From contig NW_027362769.1 of the NCBI RefSeq assembly GCF_046119375.1, positions 360,592,001 through 360,656,000 on the forward strand: a DNA stretch of 64,000 nt, read 5' to 3'. The stretch's first letter is position 1. The number at the start of each line of letters is the position of its first letter. A program made the position numbers and the translations under genes. The notes under the pieces are model-generated. The model was not told where the DNA came from and ran no database searches. It saw only the letters and a list, made by a program, of their open reading frames with translations. Source of the DNA: Phyllobates terribilis (taxonomy: Eukaryota). Below are positions 55,770 through 64,000 of this stretch, in pieces.

Positions 55770-58130
55770 CTTAATAAAATCTTTGAGGGGTATAGTTTCC
55801 AAAATGGGGACACTTGTGGGGGAGCTCCACTGTTTAGGCACATCACGGGCTCTCCAAACGCGACATGGTGTCCGCTAACAAATTGAATGGAAAATCGGCT
55901 CAAATTGTTAGCGGACACCACATTGCGTTTGGAGAGCCCCTCTGTGCCCAAACTTTGGAGCTCCCCCACAAGTGACCCCATTTTGGAAACTAGACCCCCC
56001 AAGGCACCTTTCTAGATGCATAGTGAGCACTTGGAACCCCCAGGTGCTTCACAAATTGATTCGTAAAAATGAAAAAGTGAAAAAAAAAACACTTTTTCAT
56101 TTTTATGAATCAATTTGTGAAGCACCTGGGGTTCCAAGTGCTCACTATGAATCTAGATAGGTGCCTTGGGGGGTCTAGTTTCCAAAATGGGGTCACTTGT
56201 GGGGGAGCTCCAATGTTTGGGCACACAGGGACTCTCCAAATGCAACATGATATCCGCTAACAAATTGTCGGCTCAAATTGTTAGCGGATATCATGTTGCA
56301 TTTGGAGAGTCCCTGTGTGCCCAAACATTGGAGCTCCCCCACAAGTGACCCCATTTTGGAAACTAGACCCCCCAAGGCACCTATCTAGATGCATAGTGAG
56401 CACTTGGAACCCCTAGGTGCTTCACAAATTAATTCGTAAAAATGAAAAAGTGTTTTTTTTTTCACTTTTTCATTATTACGAATCAATTTGTGAAGCACCT
56501 GGGGGTTCCAAGTGCTCACTATGCATCTAGAAAGGTGCCTTGGGGGGTCTAGTTTCCAAAATGGGGTCACTTGTGGGGGAGCTCCAAAGTTTGGGCACAG
56601 AGGGGCTCTCCAAACGCAATGTGGCGTCCGCTAACAATTTGAGCCGATTTTCCATTCAATTTGTTAGCGGATACCATGTTGCATTTAGAGAGTCCCTGTG
56701 TGCCCAAACATTGGAGCTCCCCCACAAGTGACCCCATTTTGGAAACTAGACCCCCCAAGGCACCTATCTAGATGCATAGTGAGCACTTGGAACCCCTAGG
56801 TGCTTCACAAATTGATTCGTAAAAATGAAAAAGTGTTTTTTTTTTCACTTTTTCATTATTACGAATCAATTTGTGAAGCACCTGGGGGTTCCAAGTGCTC
56901 ACTATGCATCTAGAAAGGTGCCTTGGGGGGTCTAGTTTCCAAAATGGGGTCACTTGTGGGGGAGCTCCAAAGTTTGGGCACAGAGAAGCTCTCCAAACGC
57001 AATGTGGTGTCCGCTAACAATTTGAGCCGATTTTCCATTCAATTTGTTAGCGGATACCATGTTGCATTTAGAGAGTCCCTGTGTGCCCAAACATTGGAGC
57101 TCTCCCACAAGTGACCCCATTTTGGAAACTAGACCCCCCAAGGCACCTATCTAGATGCATAGTGAGCAGTTGGAACCCCCAGGTGCTTCACAAATTGATT
57201 CATAAAAATGAAAAAGTGTTTTTTTTTTTCACTTTTTCATTGTTACGAATCAATTTGTGAAGCACCTGGGGGTTCCAAGTGCTCACTATGCATCTAGATA
57301 GGTGCCTTGGGGGGTCTAGTTTCCAAAATGGGGTCACTTGTGGGGGAGCTCCAATGTTTGGGCACACAGCAGCTCTCCAAACGCAACATGGTGTCGCTAA
57401 CAATTTGAGCCAATTTTGCGTTAAATTTGTTAGCGGACACCATGTTGCATTTAGAGAGCCGCTGTGTGCCCAAATATTGGAGCTCCCCCACAAGTGACCC
57501 CATTTTGGAAACTAGACCACCCAAGGCACCTATCTAGATGCATAGTGAGCACTTGGAACCCTCAGGTGCTTCACAAATTGATTCATACAAATGAAAAAGT
57601 GTTTTTTTTTTCACTTTTTCATTGTTACGAATCAATTTGTGAAGCACCTGGGGGTTCCAAGTGCTCACTATGCATCTAGATAGGTGCCTTGGGGGGTCTA
57701 GTTTCCAAAATGGGGTCACTTGTGGGGGAGCTCCAATGTTTGGGCACACAGGGACTCTCTAAATGCAACATGGTGTCCTCTAACAAATTTAACGGAAAAT
57801 CGGCTCAAATTGTTAGCGACACCATATTGCGTTTGGAGATCCGCTGTGTGCCCAAACATTGGAGCTCCCCCACAAGTGACCCCATTTTGGAAACTAGACC
57901 CCCCAAGGCACCTATCTAGATGCATTGTGAGCACTTGGAACACTCAGGTGCTTCACAAATTGATTCATAAAAATGAAAAAGTGTTTTTTTTTTTCACTTT
58001 TTCATTGTTACGAATCAATTTGTGAAGCACCTGGGGGTTCCAAGTGCTCACTATGCATCTAGAAAGGTGCCTTGGGGGGTCTAGTTTCCAAAATGGGGTC
58101 ACTTGTGGGGGAGCTCCAAAGTTTGGGCAC
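55770..58130. repeat. Array of about 383-bp palindromic units (about 6 copies)
   Basis: AAAATGGGGTCACTTGTGGGGGAGCTCC-type motif at 55801, 56184, 56558, 56941, 57325, 57707 and 58090, with its reverse complement between each pair. Confidence 0.92.
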
Positions 58131-59099
58131 ACATGGGCTCTCCAAACACAACATGGCGTCCGCTAATTATTCAAGCAAATTTTACAATCAAAAAGTCAAA
58201 TAGCGCTCCTTCCCTTCCGAGCCCTGCCGTGCGCCCAAACAGTATTTTTTCCCCAAATATTGGGTATCTGCGTGCCCAGGGGAAATTGCACAACAAATTT
58301 TGGGGTCCATTTTTTCTTGTTACCCCTGTGAAAATAAAAAAAATTGGGTCTAAATTAACATTTTTGTGAAAAAAGTTAAATGTTCATTTTTTTCTTCCAC
58401 ATTCAAAAAATTCCTGTGAAGCACCTGAAGGGTTAATAAAGTTCTTGAATGTGGTTTTGAGCACCTTGAGGGGTGCAGTTTTTAGAATGGTGTCACTTTT
58501 GGGTATTTTCTGTCATAAAGACCTCTCAAAGTGACTTCAAATGTGATGTGGTCCCTAAAAAAATGGTTTTGTAAATTTTGTTGGAAAAATGAGAAATCGC
58601 TGGTCAACTTTTAACCCTTATAGCTCCCTAACAAAAAAAAATTTTGGTTCCAAAATTGTGCTGATGTAAAGTAGACATGTGGGAAATGTTATTTATTAAC
58701 TCTTTTGTGTGACATATCGCTCTGATTTCAGGGCTTAAAAATTCAAATTTTGAAAATTGCAAAATTTTCAAAATTTTCGCCAAATTTCCGTTTTTTTCAC
58801 AAATAAACGCAAGTGATATCGAAGAAATTTTTCCACAATCATGAAGTACAATATGTCACGAAAAAACAATCTCAGAATCAGGGGGATCCGTTGAAGCGTT
58901 CGAGAGTAATTACCTCATAAAGTGACAGTGGTCAGAATTGTAAAAATTGGCCCGGTCATTAACGTGCAAACCACCCGCGGGGCTTAAGGGGTTAAAGGAG
59001 AGACCCCAGGGTACGGGCCCGGGAGAAGACCGCCGCGACATCCCCAAGGCTAAAGACCCGGGTATCCAAGTCATCCCCATCCCCTGGGCTAGTCACCGG

Positions 59100-59968
59100 G
59101 GGCTTGGACGGGTGGTCTCCGCCTGACGGGCCTGTGTTTTGGCAGCCTTGGCACTCACCTCCAGGTGCTCACAGCGGATCCTCCTGTCTCGCCGCTCCTT
59201 CTCGAACTGGAGGAGCTCTTTACGGCAGGTCTCCTCCCACCTACGCGCTTCGGCCTGGGTCTCCCGGGGGAAGTCCATCAGGTCGTCCCCCGGTTGTCCC
59301 AGGCAAACTCTTCGGCCACTTGACAGGTGACCGGAGGTTCGGGTAGCGGCAGTAACGGGCTGCTGCGGGCCCTCTGTTGGTGCGGATCAGTCCGGGTTGG
59401 GGCAGGTGTTCACCCAGGTAAGCGGAGGGTTCCCCGGATCGGGAGTCGGGAGGCATAGCAGGTCTCCGAAAGTGGCGGTGGCTTGTGTCTCGGCCTCTGG
59501 AGCCAGGAGTTGCTCCCAAACAATGGCGCCCGGGGATAGGGGTGCCGGAAGGATATCTAGGAGGGCCTCGGTGCGTCCCGTGCCCGGGATAGGGGTTTCA
59601 GCCTTACCCTCACTTGGGCTGCACAGGGCCTCCTGGGCTTCCTCCGCCTGGGCTGGAGCCTCACTGGTCAGGCGCGATGAGCTCTGGCAGCGGGCCTTGA
59701 TCCTCCGCAACACCTCTTCTCTCCATTCTGCGGCGGCCAGTCGCTGGGCCTCTTCGACCCTCCGGGTCAGTTCCTGCGTTTCACCACGGAGGAACTCGTC
59801 TTTCTCCGCGGTCAGGTGGATTCTCTCCATAGTGAGGGAGGTAGCAGCTGGTGGGCCAGCGACGGAGGACGTCTCCTTTGCTGCTTCCATCTTTGCTGCT
59901 CGGTACGGTCTGTTTCTCCTCCTTCTTTTGGGGCGGCTCCCTGAAGGGCACTCTTTGGAACGTCCCAT
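59100..59968 (-). pseudogene. N-terminal and central part of the element C CSD-protein ORF (frameshifted)
   Basis: RPKRRRRNR, coiled coil ELTRRVEEAQRLAAAEWREE, and FAWD..GDDLMDFPRETQAEARRWEETCRKELLQFEKERRDRR, similar to FVWDPTGEDLMGFTGETRAAAAERTECCRQQLAEFKREREERR in element B. Confidence 0.75.
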
Positions 59969-60210
59969 CCGTCTTGACGGACACTACTATGCGGACTGTC
60001 TCTGCTGCAGGGGGCGGTCTGCACTTTTGGCGCCACTGGGGAGCCAGGCCCACGATGGCAGGACTTTGGTTGCTGTTGTTTTTGCACATAATCGCGTCCG
60101 TTCTTCTTGGGCGGTGCCACGTTAAGTGTGTAACAACAGTTTTTTGTGAAAAAGGCGCACAGTACCCGACGGCAATGAGGGTTTTCCTATTCCATTGCTG
60201 CGGGCTCGCA

Positions 60211-60228
60211 ATCCTGCCGACTACGCCA
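60211..60228 (-). other. PBS of element C (tRNA-Ser AGA/TGA type)
   Basis: TGGCGTAGTCGGCAGGAT, identical to elements A and B. Confidence 0.9.
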
Positions 60229-60234
60229 AGTTGG

Positions 60235-61385
60235 TGACTCGCCTCACCCTCCCTGAGCGGTGGGGTTACTCGGAGCCGGGTCAGTGTAGATGCAGTCGTG
60301 GCCTGGACCAGTTCCGTGCCCAGGGCTGTCACATTAAAATAATAGGCTTTTGGATGATTGGTTGTTCGGCTACGCCACCTGTGGTTTCTGGTGAAGGCCA
60401 CCAGCGCTGCAACAGTCCACTGAGGCTGGTGTTAGGGGCAGCTAGAATGGGACAGCTCCCCACAGGCGGAGCAGGCCTCAGGGCAGTGTGCGAAGGAATG
60501 GTGGGTGCGGTGCCGCGCAGGAATAAACAAGCGGAGGCGGTGAATGAAGTCATCCGGGTCTTTACTCACTTTAGATGAACTTTCAGCCGCAAAGCTTCTC
60601 TCTGCTACTCACGGCGTACTGCAGCCACCGGGAAGGGGGTCCAGCACTTCCCAGGTAGATCAGGAGCACCTGTCGAGACCCCGCTGGTGTGTGTTCCTCT
60701 CCTTGGTAAGTTCTCACACTGAGCCTTCTCCTGACTGTGCGTGGAATGAACGTGGTGTAAGGCCGGGTCCCACTGGGTAAACGCAGTTTAAGAGATGCAG
60801 GTGGCGACTCCGCTCCGTCCGTATCACCCTGGGATCCACTAAGCCTCCGGGCTTCTCTGACTGAGACGTGAAGTAACAAACTCAGATATCGGGGGCCGGT
60901 TACCCCTTTTGCAGCAGGAATCCCTCTGACTAGGCCAGAGTAAAGAATACAGGTGGCGACTCGGCTCCGTCCGTATCCCCCTGGGATCCTTTTGCCTGTG
61001 GAGCCTATCTCCTCTGCTTCCCTCCTAGGCCTTCTTAGGATAGGACCCTGACCTTGTAGAGACAGTGGTTAACTCTGACCCGCACCTCGTCTCAAGGCCA
61101 GAGTACGAGGACCGCAAATCTTCAGCCAGCTACAGACTCTTGCTGGACCCTGACAGAAGACCCTCATTTAAAGACCTTGAACTATCTTTGGTTCCCCCCC
61201 ATCTCCTCTATCCCGGGCCGGGGCAGCACCCTGGTGCATTTAGGCCCCCTACAGGACAGGAGTGATGTAGTGTTGAGTGTGGAGTGGGGTCTCGTGTGAT
61301 GCTCTATCCATACCTAGAGGAGGAGATACCACACCTCATCTGAGGTGCAGTACCCCTGTGGCGACTGAAACTTCAGGGGTGCCAC
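60235..61385 (-). repeat. 5' LTR of element C
   Basis: Similar to 43370-44615 but with many substitutions and about 95 bp shorter; the outer end merges into the 37-bp repeat. Confidence 0.88.
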
Positions 61386-61602
61386 CACCTTGTCCCCTGC
61401 AGAGCTGTATGATCAGTGCCACCACCTTGTCCCGGCATAGCTGTATGATCAGAGCCACCATCTTGCCCCGGCATAGCTGTATGATCAGAGCCTCCACCTT
61501 GTCCCCTGAAGAGCTGTATGATCAGTGCCACTACCTTGTCCCCTGCAGAGCTATATGATCAGTGCCACCACCTTGTCCCCGGCAGATCTGTATGATCAGA
61601 GC
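61380..61602 (+). repeat. 37-bp H1-downstream minisatellite (about 6 copies) with no H1 gene in front
   Basis: Same unit as 21148-21562 and followed by the same spacer to H3. Confidence 0.92.
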
Positions 61603-62207
61603 CCGTATATCCTGCCGCTTCTAGATTATAGTGTGTTCATGGAGCGGCTCCAGTGTTATAATGAATAAGCTTTTCCCCACATCTCTGCATAGAGCTGCGC
61701 TGTGTCCCGATCACACCAGTGCAGGTGACCGATCAGTGTAATCAATGGAGGGAAGGGGCCGATGTCCTACAGAAATCTAATTCTTACATCATCCTAATCA
61801 ATCACCACTTGTAACCTGCGTCTTTATTAGTGAAAGGATTAGTGTGCGGTTATTACTTCGATGTGAGAATTGGAGAACCAGTGATTTGACTGATGATAGA
61901 TTAGAGACTGTACAGCTCCGTGTACTGGTGACATAGAAGAACAGTGACGATGGCGGCTCCTGCTGTAGAAGCCGCATGTAGACATGGTGTGACCCTGTGC
62001 CAGTATCCGCAGCCAAAAGAGAGTGTGAACAGAGACCATGCCCCTCTTTTTGAGGGCGGGATTAATGGGCGTTGGGATGAATTTGTGAATAATGATTGGT
62101 CGCGGATATCACAAGTATTTTGGCGCCTTAGTTTAATTTATGAACCAGCCAATAGAGTTGTAGGGGGCGTGTTCATATGACGCGGTAACAGGAGCAGAGG
62201 AGTATAA

Positions 62208-62672
<465 letters not shown>

Positions 62673-62703
62673 ATCCGTCCTACACGTCTGACTATAACAC
62701 AAA

Positions 62704-62719
62704 GGCTCTTTTCAGAGCC
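62704..62719 (+). terminator. Histone 3' stem-loop (H3 copy 2)
   Basis: GGCTCTTTTCAGAGCC. Confidence 0.95.
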
Positions 62720-63479
62720 ACCAAATCCTCCATAATAACGAGCTGATCCCTCACATCTGCTTCATATTCTGCTGAGTGTTCACTTGTGCTCAGTAACATC
62801 AGGGGCGCTCAGTTTTCTGCTCAGTCCGCTATTGGTATCTCGGTGGAGTTATTCCCTTCAATGCCGTTATAAGTGCAGCAATTGTTTAATTATAGCTCTG
62901 TAGTAGATTTCGCTTGATAATGTTAACCTACAATTTGGACAGTCCCCCACCCCTTTCTTTCAAGGTTCTTTAAATTGCAGTTCCTCGTTGATTTTTATAT
63001 TACCGGAACATTGTTAGGCGTAGAGATATGCACCTTGTGTTACAGAAATCGGATACTGGTCCCTTGATCCAGTAACACTAGAGATTTCTCTATGCAGCTC
63101 AAGCGACCAGTGATCGCTCAACACAAGCAAATTATTTGATATCCTCCAGTCCTGAAACTAAGGGTTACTGAGACAAAAAACAGAAAACGACATCAACTAA
63201 GCGGGAATTTCAAATTATTTGACAGACTTAGCCCTTCCCCTTCTTCTGCTGATTGGATGAACACAGGACGGTTAGGGAGTTTGAATTTCCCCTCATTGTA
63301 TTTTTTGCATCTTCTAAATGTATTGTAACTTCTGCTGTGAAGAGAAGTATCCTGTGTATAGATAAACTCCACAGAGTACAATCTCATGTAATCACCTCTA
63401 GATCATGGTGGAATCACTTAATACATTGTATATTTGGAAGGGGGGGATCTCCACACAGCAGAGAGAAAGGATGGTCACA

Positions 63480-64000
63480 CTAGTTCATATGTAAAAAAAT
63501 ATTACTTTATTAGAAAAATATATATCACATCATGTACATATACATACGAAACATGTCCTGGAAAACAGAATGCTAAGACCAAGACATATAAATTAAAAAG
63601 GCCATGATCACAAAAAATAATAAAATTTGTGACGCACCCGCGGCAAATAGTAGGCTAACATACTGCAAGTGCTAGTAGGGAAGAAAAAATATATATATAT
63701 CAATATTCAAACGACTCAAAATTAGAGAATATCTCATCCCCATGTTCCATCTGCATCCCTATATGGCATCTAGGATACCCAATAAACTGAATATAATCAT
63801 TCCCAACATACATATATAAATGGTACCATTAATTAGTGTCCAAATATTGGGGAAAGGTATACCTGGATCGTTGCTCAGCCACCAATTGAACCGCGGTAAG
63901 CGTCACCCCGACGCACGTTTCGGTAGGAAACCTTCTTCAAGGGGTGATCATATCTACCAGCCACCCACTATTTATACCCCTATGTCCAAAAGTGTAATGT
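63480..64000 (-). mobile_element. Probable Penelope-like element terminal repeat (runs off the window)
   Basis: On the minus strand: TATAAATA, a hammerhead motif, an AT-rich tail and AATAAA at 63506-63511. Confidence 0.55.
63903..63947 (-). ncRNA. Minimal type I hammerhead ribozyme motif
   Basis: UCACCCC-UUGAAGA-A-GGU(UUCCU)ACC-GAAA-C(GUGC)G-UC-GGGGUGA. Confidence 0.65.

Larger units (their letters stand above)
53725..58991. mobile_element. Non-autonomous piggyBac-like DNA element (5267 bp)
   Basis: TTAA duplicated at 53721-53724 and 58992-58995 (single TTAA in the 5' LTR), 9-bp TIR CCCCTTAAG, and a subterminal 15-bp inverted repeat at 53740-53754/53786-53800. No transposase. Confidence 0.88.
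45459..59095 (+). mobile_element. Gypsy/Ty3 LTR retrotransposon D, full length but inactivated
   Basis: LTRs at 45459-46591 and 52693-59095 (the latter split), gag then PR-RT-RH-IN, and a 4-bp TSD CCGG at 45455-45458 and 59096-59099. Confidence 0.96.
52693..59095 (+). repeat. 3' LTR of Gypsy D (52693-53724 plus 58996-59095), split by a TTAA element
   Basis: Preceded by the PPT AGGGAGGAA; both pieces match the 5' LTR. Confidence 0.93.
43370..61385 (-). mobile_element. Non-autonomous LTR retroelement C (CSD-encoding, about 2-kb internal region) carrying nested insertions
   Basis: LTRs at 43370-44615 and 60235-about 61385, PBS at 60211-60228, PPT at 44616-44624. No TSD; the two flanks are unrelated. 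Confidence 0.85.

Noticed and set aside
55715-58025. Repeated MGGLVSKMGSLVGELQ ORFs on both strands
   Set aside because: By-product of the palindromic array; the copies have variable stops and frameshifts.

Overview
Eukaryotic DNA. The host is probably an anuran amphibian; this is inferred from Xenopus-like histone sequences and the repeat types, not proven. The window is a replication-dependent histone gene cluster in the order H2A(-), H2B(+), H1(+), H3(+), H4(+), H2A(-), H2B(+), [H1 absent], H3(+), each visible 3' end carrying the stem-loop. It is heavily damaged by transposons. Only H1 and H4 are clearly intact and canonical. One H2A is split by an LTR element, the other has lost its 5' half. 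One H2B is degenerate, one H3 is split by a 1.46-kb solo-LTR-like insert, and the other H3 has R69H. Mobile elements include an 11-kb inverted dimer of hAT halves holding a nearly intact CR1 LINE, a near-complete dead Gypsy element, a 5.3-kb TTAA piggyBac-like element with a palindromic array, a Penelope-like end with a hammerhead-ribozyme motif, and several satellites. The main candidate for a new system is a set of three related non-autonomous LTR retroelements primed by tRNA-Ser. Two encode a coiled-coil plus cold-shock-domain (CSD) protein instead of gag-pol: one as an intact 702-aa ORF between near-identical LTRs, the other reconstructable across a nested Gypsy insertion. The third fuses a Gag N-terminus to the CSD-protein tail. 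All three share 3' hairpins or sequence blocks with the neighbouring Gypsy element, suggesting satellite retroelements that carry their own RNA-binding protein. All alignments were made by eye and no database search was possible.
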